A DNA stretch of 23,256 bases from a virus (Duplodnaviria > Heunggongvirae > Uroviricota > Caudoviricetes), in IMG/VR virus record IMGVR_UViG_3300025316_001100. One strand, 5' to 3'. A program made the position numbers and the translations under genes. This document shows, in pieces, positions 7,484 through 15,219 of the stretch (its first letter is position 1; each line of letters starts with the position of its first letter). The notes under the pieces are model-generated. The model ran no database searches. It worked only from the letters and a program-made list of their open reading frames with translations, and was not told the origin of the DNA.

Positions 7484-7680
7484 TTTGTTCCGCCACTCAT
7501 CCATCTAGCAAATACCAACGATACATCTCGGCCCCATCTGTTCTCGGAATTAGGCATGTGTTTCGTACCCTGTAGATACCAACAAGATCGAGGGCAGCCA
7601 CGGCCAGTGCCCATCCAGCTTTGACGAAACCTTGTCCAATTGCTTCTAAAACATGAAGTGCTAATAAAAAGAGATTTCAT
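7480..7680 (-). CDS. Array peptide 43
   Basis: 66 aa MKSLFISTSCFR...; ATGA overlap. Confidence 0.8.
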   Translation of the reverse strand: MKSLFISTSCFRSNWTRFRQSWMGTGRGCPRSCWYLQGTKHMPNSENRWGRDVSLVFARWMSGGTK

Positions 7681-7859
7681 TTGTGACCATGAGTGTCATT
7701 TCTTGTAAAATATTTTCCCCAATATCTTGCTTGAGAATACCCCAAACTCAGCGGCAACGAGGCGGGTAAGCGTTTGAATGAAATACTTCGATCTCTAGTA
7801 TGCGATGAATAAACACGGCACTTCCATATGCTGTATGACCTACCATTCCAAAGTATCAT
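7677..7859 (-). CDS. Array peptide 42
   Basis: 60 aa MILWNGRSYSIW...; ATGA overlap. Confidence 0.75.
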   Translation of the reverse strand: MILWNGRSYSIWKCRVYSSHTRDRSISFKRLPASLPLSLGYSQARYWGKYFTRNDTHGHK

Positions 7860-8053
7860 CTAAGACTCCCTGGAAGATCTCTTTCTCCCAAACAAGAAAC
7901 TGATCGTCTATTCCATATCGAATAGGTTAGACAGCCTAATGCGTGATTTTCAAACCAATAGAACAATTTTGATCCCAATCCACTCCACCGAAAGTAATCG
8001 TTTTTACGTGTGTGGCTAATGCCCCACGAACGATATCGTTGCATGTATTTCAT
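7856..8053 (-). CDS. Array peptide 41
   Basis: 65 aa MKYMQRYRSWG...; ATGA overlap. Confidence 0.8.
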   Translation of the reverse strand: MKYMQRYRSWGISHTRKNDYFRWSGLGSKLFYWFENHALGCLTYSIWNRRSVSCLGERDLPGSLR

Positions 8054-8277
8054 ATAATCACCGGGATTTGAAATGCACCAGGAGTGCGTTCTGGCACCTT
8101 GGCTTCACTATACCGTCGTCTGCGACCAAAACATACACTTCTAAATCTCATACTGTGTCTTGTGGCAGATCGGAAAAGGGATGCTCTAGTAAGCGGCATG
8201 AGTCGATGACCAGACCACGGTTCTGTACGCCAGTGGCTCATATCGTCATCATACGGTGTTTTTACGTGCATGTTCAT
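8050..8277 (-). CDS. Array peptide 40
   Basis: 75 aa MNMHVKTPYDDD...; ATGA overlap. Confidence 0.8.
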   Translation of the reverse strand: MNMHVKTPYDDDMSHWRTEPWSGHRLMPLTRASLFRSATRHSMRFRSVCFGRRRRYSEAKVPERTPGAFQIPVII

Positions 8278-8450
8278 AGTAGCATTGCCTTGTAAGAAAT
8301 TATTTCACTACATTGAAAACAACTGTTTATGGCTATCCAATTATGGAATCCCCAAGATACAGAATTTCGCATTCCAAAACTGCCTCTCATACCCTCACTA
8401 AATCCACCGCTTGAACTAAACTCTTGCCAGATCACAAAATGAATTTTCAT
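8274..8450 (-). CDS. Array peptide 39
   Basis: 58 aa MKIHFVIWQEF...; ATGA overlap. Confidence 0.8.
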   Translation of the reverse strand: MKIHFVIWQEFSSSGGFSEGMRGSFGMRNSVSWGFHNWIAINSCFQCSEIISYKAMLL

Positions 8451-8605
8451 CCAAACCTCCAAGCGAATGATCGCCACCGCATTCCACTGAAATGACAACT
8501 ATCTCTAAAGGCATTTGAACAAACCTCAAACCTCCAATAGCTAGTTCTCGCTCCCGCAAAGAAGTAGTGACCAGGAACCGAACATTTTTTGAACAACATG
8601 TTCAT
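8447..8605 (-). CDS. Array peptide 38
   Basis: 52 aa MNMLFKKCSVPG...; ATGA overlap. Confidence 0.8.
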   Translation of the reverse strand: MNMLFKKCSVPGHYFFAGARTSYWRFEVCSNAFRDSCHFSGMRWRSFAWRFG

Positions 8606-8790
8606 TGTGATCGTATGGAAATCATGTCCATTTTCCACATTCCCCAATTGCTTTTTACCCGTGGTATGACACCTCGATAACTGACATCGCACCGACGAGC
8701 AAATGCTTCACAATTCCAATACGATGATTGTCTTATATTGTTGTTCCTAAAACAAAATGCAATCGCCATATCTTGTCTTCTTAAATTCAT
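8602..8790 (-). CDS. Array peptide 37
   Basis: 62 aa MNLRRQDMAIAF...; 9-nt gap to previous stop. Confidence 0.75.
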   Translation of the reverse strand: MNLRRQDMAIAFCFRNNNIRQSSYWNCEAFARRCDVSYRGVIPRVKSNWGMWKMDMISIRSQ

Positions 8791-8799
8791 ATTAAACTA

Positions 8800-8973
8800 T
8801 TAGAATGCCAACCAAGGAATCGCCAACCACCATGATGAAAACAAAAACTGAGCCACGTTCCTTTCCAATATGATGCACCGACTTGGTTGTGATTCCAACT
8901 TCCTTTTTGTTGCCGAAGAGAAAAACCTACTGATAGTGTAGTATACATTATCTTTTCCCAACACATATTTCAT
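8800..8973 (-). CDS. Array peptide 36
   Basis: 57 aa MKYVLGKDNVYY...; overlaps unit 35 by 26 nt. Confidence 0.7.
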   Translation of the reverse strand: MKYVLGKDNVYYTISRFFSSATKRKLESQPSRCIILERNVAQFLFSSWWLAIPWLAF

Positions 8974-9151
8974 TTCGTCTCGAACCAATCAATGACATGC
9001 GACGATTTTCGTTAAATGCACTTGCCTGACCATGATTGGTCGTCAAACAACTACGCAATCCTTCCAAATACATGCGACGATGTTGAGACCACCCTACAAT
9101 CAAAGGTCTGCGATAACCACGAACAAATTGAGGACGTTTGAATATGTTCAT
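8948..9151 (-). CDS. Array peptide 35
   Basis: 67 aa MNIFKRPQFVRG...; ATGA overlap. Confidence 0.8.
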   Translation of the reverse strand: MNIFKRPQFVRGYRRPLIVGWSQHRRMYLEGLRSCLTTNHGQASAFNENRRMSLIGSRRNEICVGKR

Positions 9152-9354
9152 TTTGCCGAGCAGTCATTCAAATCATTGGTTGTTCTTGAATAGCAACGCC
9201 CCATTCTGTTCCGTTGAGAATTGTACTGACACCTGTCTTCGTTTTTCTGACTCTTGTACCAAAATGCCATACTAAAAGGTGACGATGCATGGGCGTTGTT
9301 GAAACATGCGCTTTCACCTTCTACTGCAAACACCAATCGTTGCTGCATGTTCAT
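9148..9354 (-). CDS. Array peptide 34
   Basis: 68 aa MNMQQRLVFAVEG...; ATGA overlap. Confidence 0.8.
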   Translation of the reverse strand: MNMQQRLVFAVEGESACFNNAHASSPFSMAFWYKSQKNEDRCQYNSQRNRMGRCYSRTTNDLNDCSAK

Positions 9355-9545
9355 TTGCTTAATGTCCATTTGGAATAACTACTGTTATGATGCCATCCGT
9401 CACTCCAATACCGACGACAGCTTGAATAAGCACCCATATTACTGCTGTCCTTATGCGAACGAACCGTTCTCGCAATCATACTTGAATGCGACCGATTTAC
9501 TCTAATTTTAGAACCGGGCCATGAGTAACGTAACAAGATTCTCAT
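9351..9545 (-). CDS. Array peptide 33
   Basis: 64 aa MRILLRYSWPG...; ATGA overlap. Confidence 0.8.
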   Translation of the reverse strand: MRILLRYSWPGSKIRVNRSHSSMIARTVRSHKDSSNMGAYSSCRRYWSDGWHHNSSYSKWTLSK

Positions 9546-9748
9546 TCTGATGTATCCCAAATCGAACAATAGCTATCTGTTGACCAAGCGTTAATCCACG
9601 CTTCCATAGTTCTCCATTGAGAATAAGAAGTCATGGGGAACTGATTTACCCATGATGTAACCCCTACTCGCCATTTAGATCTGCATGTGCGTGACATTGG
9701 ATTTGACCTAGCCCCAGGCCAAGCATGTTGTATCAATAACACTCTCAT
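9542..9748 (-). CDS. Array peptide 32
   Basis: 68 aa MRVLLIQHAWPG...; ATGA overlap. Confidence 0.8.
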   Translation of the reverse strand: MRVLLIQHAWPGARSNPMSRTCRSKWRVGVTSWVNQFPMTSYSQWRTMEAWINAWSTDSYCSIWDTSE

Positions 9749-9951
9749 TTCTGTTCCGATCTTGGCATGCGATAAGCTGAAACGCTCCATTTGCGATGGC
9801 TATTGCTTATTGAGAAATCACTAATGCTACCGAATCTTTCAAAATCATTATGCTTGTGACATCGCCCATACACTGCATTCCATTGGGAATAAAAGTATTC
9901 TGTATTGCCAATCGCATGAACAGCCCAACCGCTTCTTGTAATTAATTTCAT
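9745..9951 (-). CDS. Array peptide 31
   Basis: 68 aa MKLITRSGWAVHAIG...; diverged paralog of units 29/30. Confidence 0.8.
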   Translation of the reverse strand: MKLITRSGWAVHAIGNTEYFYSQWNAVYGRCHKHNDFERFGSISDFSISNSHRKWSVSAYRMPRSEQK

Positions 9952-9963
9952 TGGTTCCGTTTC

Positions 9964-10155
9964 TTATTCATGCACTGATCTTGTGTCGCCATGTGCTGCA
10001 TAGCTCCATGCTCGACTACGTTGCCAACGTGAAAAATCGGTATGTGCGCCTTGACTCTTTTGCGACCATTCATAAATTAGTCCCCAATGGGAATAGATCT
10101 TTTCCATCGTTCCCACGGCTGAGGTGGCCCAACCACATCTGGTTATTAGCTTCAT
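9964..10155 (-). CDS. Array peptide 30
   Basis: 63 aa MKLITRCGWATSAVG...; 41/63 identical to unit 29. Confidence 0.85.
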   Translation of the reverse strand: MKLITRCGWATSAVGTMEKIYSHWGLIYEWSQKSQGAHTDFSRWQRSRAWSYAAHGDTRSVHE

Positions 10156-10167
10156 CGGTTCCGTCTC

Positions 10168-10359
10168 TTATTTATGTACTGATCTTGTGTCACGATGGAC
10201 TGTATGGCCCCATGCTCTACCACTCCGCCAACATGAAAAATCGCTATATATGCGATGGCTCTTTTGTGACCATTCGTAAATCGGTTCCCAATTGGAATAG
10301 GTCTTTTCTGCCATTCCCACGGTTGAGGTGGCCCAACCACATCTGGTTATTAGCTTCAT
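10168..10359 (-). CDS. Array peptide 29
   Basis: 63 aa MKLITRCGWATSTVG...; ATGA overlap. Confidence 0.85.
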   Translation of the reverse strand: MKLITRCGWATSTVGMAEKTYSNWEPIYEWSQKSHRIYSDFSCWRSGRAWGHTVHRDTRSVHK

Positions 10360-10541
10360 CGGTTCCAGCCCTCTTTACGATTTTGCGACCAACATGCTGA
10401 AAACTCATGTCCCATCCAAAACGATTCCATTTCTTCCCACCGAAAGCACCAAGACCAACTCCAATTTTGAATAAAACTATCTCCGTAGGTATCCCTAGAG
10501 ATACAACTACCGCCATGTGTATATCGTTGCATTAGTTTCAT
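10356..10541 (-). CDS. Array peptide 28
   Basis: 61 aa MKLMQRYTHGG...NWSWSWCFRW; ATGA overlap. Confidence 0.8.
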   Translation of the reverse strand: MKLMQRYTHGGSCISRDTYGDSFIQNWSWSWCFRWEEMESFWMGHEFSACWSQNRKEGWNR

Positions 10542-10723
10542 GGTCGTTTCTCCGATTCCAATCGAATACGACTCCAACAAAACGACCAAGGATCTGAACG
10601 ATTTGTAGAATAAATGACGTTTCGATCAGTCATAGATTGTTGTTGCCCCGTATGCAACCAACCACTAAACCATTGGTTCCTTCTAGTAGATCCCGGCCAA
10701 CTGCTTGTCATAATTAGCTTCAT
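10538..10723 (-). CDS. Array peptide 27
   Basis: 61 aa MKLIMTSSWPG...; ATGA overlap. Confidence 0.8.
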   Translation of the reverse strand: MKLIMTSSWPGSTRRNQWFSGWLHTGQQQSMTDRNVIYSTNRSDPWSFCWSRIRLESEKRP

Positions 10724-10920
10724 TCACAACCTCTCTTGTCACGGGTAAAACCCCCACTCCAACCAAGCCTCCCATATTGTTTTGCTGGATACATACTTAC
10801 ATAACTATTACTATTCCACCTAGACCAATAGATATATGCAAAATCTTTGCGAGAGTGCGACTCATGTAATGAAAATCCATTGAATGGCTTGAACGAGAAT
10901 GGCACACATGCTCTTTTCAT
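10720..10920 (-). CDS. Array peptide 26
   Basis: 66 aa MKRACVPFSFKP...; ATGA overlap. Confidence 0.8.
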   Translation of the reverse strand: MKRACVPFSFKPFNGFSLHESHSRKDFAYIYWSRWNSNSYVSMYPAKQYGRLGWSGGFTRDKRGCE

Positions 10921-11096
10921 CGTCTTCTCCACCGGCTGTGATTCAATGATAACATTCTTTCCACATACCAACCAGTCGTACTCCACCATCCAAGTCCCCA
11001 ATACCCTTGCGTTTCATAGGACTTTATAGAGGATTGCATGTGTGTCCACACGCTTTTTGCAACACCAATCTGTAGACTCTTTGCAAAATATTTCAT
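10917..11096 (-). CDS. Array peptide 25
   Basis: 59 aa MKYFAKSLQIG..., hand-translated; ATGA overlap. Confidence 0.75.
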   Translation of the reverse strand: MKYFAKSLQIGVAKSVWTHMQSSIKSYETQGYWGLGWWSTTGWYVERMLSLNHSRWRRR

Positions 11097-11323
11097 GGTC
11101 GGAAATGCCAGTCAACTGCGTTCGTATGACCCTCTCTATACTTTCGACTGCTTACTCTATCGAATTGATTCTGAGAACCACCTGCACCAAATTCAAAACA
11201 CAATCGCTGCCAACGAAACGTCATTCCCAAATGAAGACTAAAGTCTCCTGATATGTTCGGAAAACCCGTCGCTCCCTGTGGCGTCCAACGATCTATAATC
11301 CAAGTTCTATGAAATATTTTCAT
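11093..11323 (-). CDS. Array peptide 24
   Basis: 76 aa MKIFHRTWIIDRW...; TAATG overlap. Confidence 0.8.
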   Translation of the reverse strand: MKIFHRTWIIDRWTPQGATGFPNISGDFSLHLGMTFRWQRLCFEFGAGGSQNQFDRVSSRKYREGHTNAVDWHFRP

Positions 11324-11478
11324 TATTTAGAACAAAAATGCCATCGCCTAGAAAAGCATGCAGAAAACATACGATTGGTACTCACGCTCCAAAAATTAGC
11401 TATTGGAAAATTCGTTGCTCGGACTTGGTATCCTCCATGCGCTCGACACAGACGATGATGGGCAAATACTCGTTTCAT
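11323..11478 (-). CDS. Array peptide 23
   Basis: 51 aa MKRVFAHHRLCR..., hand-translated; ATGA overlap. Confidence 0.75.
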   Translation of the reverse strand: MKRVFAHHRLCRAHGGYQVRATNFPIANFWSVSTNRMFSACFSRRWHFCSK

Positions 11479-11612
11479 CGTGTTTCCGACCATTGATTGA
11501 ACAAAGAAAAACAGTAGCTACAAAACATATCTGTGCTACAAATGTAGCTCATAATGTCATAAGAGCATTGACTGCGAATATCAATATTCGGTCGCCTATT
11601 AAAGAATCTCAT
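11475..11612 (-). CDS. Array peptide 22
   Basis: 45 aa MRFFNRRPNIDIRS..., hand-translated; start 1 nt after previous stop. Confidence 0.7.
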   Translation of the reverse strand: MRFFNRRPNIDIRSQCSYDIMSYICSTDMFCSYCFSLFNQWSETR

Positions 11613-11613
11613 T

Positions 11614-11766
11614 TCATGGTCCCCACCCAAGCCAACTGGATACACACCATCTTTCGGTCCAACAAACAGAGCACATCCTTCTTGATTCTAATACGCTCCA
11701 CTCCCGGCCACGATGTATTATGCTACACCTTTCCTGATTGCCCCATGCTGTAAATGGCATTCTCAT
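11614..11766 (-). CDS. Array peptide 21
   Basis: 50 aa MRMPFTAWGNQ..., hand-translated; ATGA overlap. Confidence 0.75.
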   Translation of the reverse strand: MRMPFTAWGNQERCSIIHRGREWSVLESRRMCSVCWTERWCVSSWLGWGP

Positions 11767-11933
11767 GTATCATTCTCCTGATCTATCCATAACGAACAGG
11801 CTTGTGTTCGGTATTTGGTTGACCAATACCAACCGCCTAATCTCGACCACACGCTAAGTCCATGACTTAACTTACTTCTGCCTCTGGCAGAACCAGTATT
11901 TGGCATCCAGTATGCACACCAAATCATTTTCAT
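11763..11933 (-). CDS. Array peptide 20
   Basis: 56 aa MKMIWCAYWMP..., hand-translated; ATGA overlap. Confidence 0.75.
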   Translation of the reverse strand: MKMIWCAYWMPNTGSARGRSKLSHGLSVWSRLGGWYWSTKYRTQACSLWIDQENDT

Positions 11934-12094
11934 TTGTTCCTATGTCTCCAACAAGTTGATGTAGATGGTTTATCTTCATTTTGCCGTGACCACCCCCAAT
12001 TAATTGTCCATGCTGAATACCATCGTCTCAAACGGCTGCGTTCTTGGCCGTATGCAGCAAAAGGATGGGCAAATGATCGCAAAAGTATTTTCAC
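11930..12094 (-). CDS. Array peptide 19
   Basis: 54 aa (GTG) MKILLRSFAHP..., hand-translated; GTGA overlap. Confidence 0.75.
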   Translation of the reverse strand: MKILLRSFAHPFAAYGQERSRLRRWYSAWTINWGWSRQNEDKPSTSTCWRHRNK

Positions 12095-12282
12095 CAGCCT
12101 TTACTCCAATACCATTCTTGCTCTCGATTGATTGGATAGTATTTCCAAGAAACATGACTAACCCACATTGACCACACCATGCCCTCACTAAAAGGCGAAC
12201 ACCACGACCAACCCAATTTATGTTCTGATGGCAGATACCATCGACTGACATGCCCTTTAGTTGAGAACATTATGAATTTCAT
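12091..12282 (-). CDS. Array peptide 18 (first of block 2)
   Basis: 63 aa MKFIMFSTKG..., 8 Trp; RBS GAGGTGG. Confidence 0.8.
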   Translation of the reverse strand: MKFIMFSTKGHVSRWYLPSEHKLGWSWCSPFSEGMVWSMWVSHVSWKYYPINREQEWYWSKGW

Positions 12283-12363
12283 CGCCACCTCGAAAATCGC
12301 CCGTTATGAGACCAAGCTAAAACATCTTGGAAGCCCATGCGAGAACGGCTTGAAAAAGCGTGC

Positions 12364-12398
12364 AAAAACACTCGCCCTGCCATTGGCAGGGCGAGTGT
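12364..12398 (-). terminator. Intrinsic terminator after the DUF6745-like gene
   Basis: Inverted repeat acactcgccctgcca/tggcagggcgagtgt (12368-12398), followed on the minus strand by a TTTTTG tract. Confidence 0.8.
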
Positions 12399-12453
12399 CC
12401 AAGCATCGCTTAGATGATAAGCCAGGACGTAATGAATCCGCCAACGCATGTGA

Positions 12454-13044
12454 TTAGGTTTCTACGTTAGGATGATAATCGGTAGCATCCCTGCGGAATG
12501 TCCAGGCGATAGCCTCGGCACAGGTCTTCATATTGGGCGGCACTGACAAGAAGTATTTCTTAACCGTACCATCCGGTTCTGGCGTTGAATTGAACACCAT
12601 AACGACTGTAATGGGTTCTTCCAGACCCTCACTCTTAAACTGCAACAGTTTGGCACCGGTCTTTTTATCGTGATGGATGGTTTTGAATTCACCTTCCTCC
12701 AACATCCGATCATAACCATAGATTTCCAAACCGGCGTAACGAACTTCGGTGTTCGGATGGGTTAGGATTTCTTTGATAGCCAATTGTTCAGGATGAGTGG
12801 CATATTTGCTGGGGATCAAAATGCCTCGGAAATAATGAATAACAGTACCCCAAATGTCACAGTATTCACCGTGGCGACGACCCTCAATATAGTGGGCGAT
12901 CACGGTAGGAGAGATATACGCTGGGCCTGTTTCACAATGCAACTTGTCATTGACATCCCGCTTCATTTCCAGAGGACCAAACGGTTTGTTTCGTCGGATT
13001 TCCTCAAGATTGTAAAGCCATTGCGCACGCTTGTTCAAAGCCAT
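12454..13044 (-). CDS. DUF6745-like protein
   Basis: 196 aa. Motifs LHCETGPA, EILTHPNTEVRYAGLEIYGY and NSTPEPDG..YFLSVPP...T...A.AWTF....Y.P..ET recognised from DUF6745-type proteins. AAAGGA RBS. Confidence 0.85.
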   Translation of the reverse strand: MALNKRAQWLYNLEEIRRNKPFGPLEMKRDVNDKLHCETGPAYISPTVIAHYIEGRRHGEYCDIWGTVIHYFRGILIPSKYATHPEQLAIKEILTHPNTEVRYAGLEIYGYDRMLEEGEFKTIHHDKKTGAKLLQFKSEGLEEPITVVMVFNSTPEPDGTVKKYFLSVPPNMKTCAEAIAWTFRRDATDYHPNVET

Positions 13045-13076
13045 GTTAAAACGATCCTTTCTGGTTTTTCAAGAAA

Positions 13077-13253
13077 TTAGTAGCAACTTATGCTCGACTT
13101 ATAAGCTGACCAGAGGCTATGATTATTAAAAAAGCCACCGCAGCCGCTTGCACACATGTTGTTAGTGAAACACTCACACCAATAGAATGTATAATCGGCC
13201 GAACCTTGAATGGATGATTTAGCACCGAATGATGCTGTTGTAAATATTTTCAT
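13077..13253 (-). CDS. Array peptide 17
   Basis: 58 aa MKIFTTASFG...; ATGA overlap. Confidence 0.8.
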   Translation of the reverse strand: MKIFTTASFGAKSSIQGSADYTFYWCECFTNNMCASGCGGFFNNHSLWSAYKSSISCY

Positions 13254-13456
13254 TTTCCCACACAGACCGCTCTGCCCTCGCCCCATGATCGGGACCAATC
13301 GGCACCCAACATGTTACCCCTACCGGATCGCCTATTCATGCGCAACGTCCTAACCGACTGATGAATAGGAAACCGACTACAAGAATAACGGGATGTAAAC
13401 CTATCGTTTCTTTGATGAAGGCCATATTCTGAACTAAATTGTTGTAAATATTTCAT
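13250..13456 (-). CDS. Array peptide 16
   Basis: 68 aa MKYLQQFSSEYG...; ATGA overlap. Confidence 0.8.
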   Translation of the reverse strand: MKYLQQFSSEYGLHQRNDRFTSRYSCSRFPIHQSVRTLRMNRRSGRGNMLGADWSRSWGEGRAVCVGK

Positions 13457-13647
13457 TTTCCCCTGATGGCCTTACAAGGCCGATTATCACTGAATGCTCT
13501 GGACCAATTTTCGGCTGCAAACGCTTGACTTTTGCCAAGCATGTCCCACACACTAAAAGCCCGAAAGGTGTGGATTAGAGAATATCTATGATTTTGGTCC
13601 ACCCACATACTTAAACCATACGTCGTTTGTATTAAAATGTTTTTCAT
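13453..13647 (-). CDS. Array peptide 15
   Basis: 64 aa MKNILIQTTYG...; ATGA overlap. Confidence 0.8.
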   Translation of the reverse strand: MKNILIQTTYGLSMWVDQNHRYSLIHTFRAFSVWDMLGKSQAFAAENWSRAFSDNRPCKAIRGK

Positions 13648-13847
13648 CGGAAATACGCCTGCCCCTTCGACCAACAACACGACCAAGTATAATGATGATC
13701 GTTGCTATGAAAATAAAGTCCACTGCCTGCATTTGGGCCTCTTCTATGTATGCCAGTACGACTAAACACTTTCCAAACAGAGTAACAATATTTCGTATTA
13801 CTGGATGATCCCGCTGGTAATGCGGCTACTCTTATTCCTGTTTTCAT
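13644..13847 (-). CDS. Array peptide 14
   Basis: 67 aa MKTGIRVAALPAG...; ATGA overlap. Confidence 0.8.
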   Translation of the reverse strand: MKTGIRVAALPAGSSSNTKYCYSVWKVFSRTGIHRRGPNAGSGLYFHSNDHHYTWSCCWSKGQAYFR

Positions 13848-14020
13848 AGATGCATTCCTCTAAAACAAGATGAACAAGTGCCCATCCTACTTAAAGAAGC
13901 AAAACTCGTATTCTTTACATATATTGAATGCTGCACCCATACCGATTCTCTTCGTATGGAGACAAATTGCCGTCTGCCTTTCCTTATTTGATACGATCCT
14001 GATTTTTTGAAAATGTTCAT
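13844..14020 (-). CDS. Array peptide 13
   Basis: 58 aa MNIFKKSGSYQIR..., hand-translated; 24-nt gap upstream. Confidence 0.75.
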   Translation of the reverse strand: MNIFKKSGSYQIRKGRRQFVSIRRESVWVQHSIYVKNTSFASLSRMGTCSSCFRGMHL

Positions 14021-14044
14021 TATGCGTTTATAAAACCCATTGCC

Positions 14045-14245
14045 TTACGTGTGTCTCTCGTCTGTAAACCCCACTGATAAGGCCCATCGCCACAAACTCA
14101 CTTGTAGGAATCCATTTGTACAACAGCCACGACCATTCTTATTGACTGAGTTTCGTAAAGGCACCCAACCACTGTCGGTGAATTCAAACATGTGAGACCA
14201 ATAAGAGCGATCAATTTTATTACAATGCCACAACAACATTCTCAT
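14045..14245 (-). CDS. Array peptide 12
   Basis: 66 aa MRMLLWHCNKID...; ATGA overlap. Confidence 0.8.
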   Translation of the reverse strand: MRMLLWHCNKIDRSYWSHMFEFTDSGWVPLRNSVNKNGRGCCTNGFLQVSLWRWALSVGFTDERHT

Positions 14246-14379
14246 TTGCCTAATGTCCAACTTACAGATCGATACACATTCCAAGAAAACGACCAACAAC
14301 AACCAAGTAGTCCCGGAACGCCCCTTACATGTGTCCCTCGTTTTCTTTCCACTTCTAATCTATTGAATAACATTCTCAT
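14242..14379 (-). CDS. Array peptide 11
   Basis: 45 aa MRMLFNRLEVER..., hand-translated; ATGA overlap. Confidence 0.75.
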   Translation of the reverse strand: MRMLFNRLEVERKRGTHVRGVPGLLGCCWSFSWNVYRSVSWTLGK

Positions 14380-14582
14380 TCTTTTGTCCAACACTTAGAA
14401 CATTGAAAAGTCAATTGATCGTAAGGACGAAACCCCATATCTCTTCTACTGCTCCACGCTCCTGGCCATATCCACATGGTAGCATAGGAAGCTGTACGCC
14501 CACAAGAATTTCTTATCCAGCGTTTGGTTACACTGATATGTAACAAATCACTGAATATTTGTGTGCGAAGTATAAACTTCAC
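14376..14582 (-). CDS. Array peptide 10
   Basis: 68 aa MKFILRTQIFSD...; ATGA overlap. Confidence 0.8.
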   Translation of the reverse strand: MKFILRTQIFSDLLHISVTKRWIRNSCGRTASYATMWIWPGAWSSRRDMGFRPYDQLTFQCSKCWTKE

Positions 14583-14794
14583 CGTGCCCTCATTTTGTCT
14601 GGATCATGCTTGAACGACCAACCTCTTAGGAACTGCCATGCCGACCAATGCCCGCCCTCCCAAGAACCCCAAGCAGAAGTATCCCAAAAGAAAGTAAGTC
14701 GAATTACGCTTCGTTGTTTTGCTTTTCGCAACTCGCTATATTTGAAATAACTTAACTGGCTTGCGGCCGATGCGGTAGATAATATAATTTTCAT
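14579..14794 (-). CDS. Array peptide 9
   Basis: 71 aa MKIILSTASAAS...; ATGA overlap. Confidence 0.8.
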   Translation of the reverse strand: MKIILSTASAASQLSYFKYSELRKAKQRSVIRLTFFWDTSAWGSWEGGHWSAWQFLRGWSFKHDPDKMRAR

Positions 14795-14994
14795 AATTTT
14801 CTAAACGACTCCATTTCCATTGCTGCAAAACACGAAGACCAAGCAACTGCATATCTACATGCTGCGCTCCACGTTTGACTCATCCTGGTAGAACACCTCA
14901 TATCGGTAGCCATTGAGTGTGATTGAGAATTGTTGTCCTCGAATGTTATACAATCATTACCGTGCCCGCACGCTATTGATTTGATAATCTTCAT
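14791..14994 (-). CDS. Array peptide 8
   Basis: 67 aa MKIIKSIACGHG...; 3-nt gap. Confidence 0.8.
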   Translation of the reverse strand: MKIIKSIACGHGNDCITFEDNNSQSHSMATDMRCSTRMSQTWSAACRYAVAWSSCFAAMEMESFRKL

Positions 14995-14997
14995 GAA

Positions 14998-15219
14998 TTA
15001 ATTGTGTCCTAGTGGAAAAGAACCGCCATATCGTTGTAAGTTTCTTGATCCCATTTCTGACCACGCATGATGGTACAACGTAGCCCAAATCCGCATCCCA
15101 TCAATGTTATCATTGAATCCACAAAAGTTTTCATAAGAACCCATTCCATATGCCAGATTCAAACCAAAACAACGACAAATCGGATCATGCCCAGTTGCTA
15201 TTTGTCTAATGAGTTTCAT
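14998..15219 (-). CDS. Array peptide 7
   Basis: 73 aa MKLIRQIATGHD...; ATGA overlap. Confidence 0.8.
   Translation of the reverse strand: MKLIRQIATGHDPICRCFGLNLAYGMGSYENFCGFNDNIDGMRIWATLYHHAWSEMGSRNLQRYGGSFPLGHN

Larger units (their letters stand above)
9952..10365. repeat. 204-bp-period tandem duplication of an array unit (plus an older third copy to the left)
   Basis: Starts at 10359, 10155 and 9951 are 204 nt apart. Units 29/30 differ at 34 of 189 coding nt (hand alignment). Confidence 0.95.
106..12282 (-). other. Small-ORF array, block 2 (63 coupled units, 18-80)
   Basis: Continuous tiling of minus-strand ORFs with a shared MK/MR-hydrophobic start. 49 of 62 junctions are 4-nt NTGA overlaps (hand count). 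Confidence 0.9.

Noticed and set aside
10152-10340. Programmed +1 frameshift into the protein-like alternate frame
   Set aside because: The equivalent +1 frame in the sister copy (unit 30) has an internal TAA, and no conserved slippery site was seen.
9964-10359. Diversity-generating retroelement template/variable repeat pair
   Set aside because: Differences are not adenine-specific (many C/T and C/G changes, in both directions), both copies are intact ORFs, and no reverse transcriptase is present.
9951-10400. 149-aa plus-strand ORF with internal repeat
   Set aside because: Antisense shadow of duplicated units 29/30; no independent RBS or coupling.
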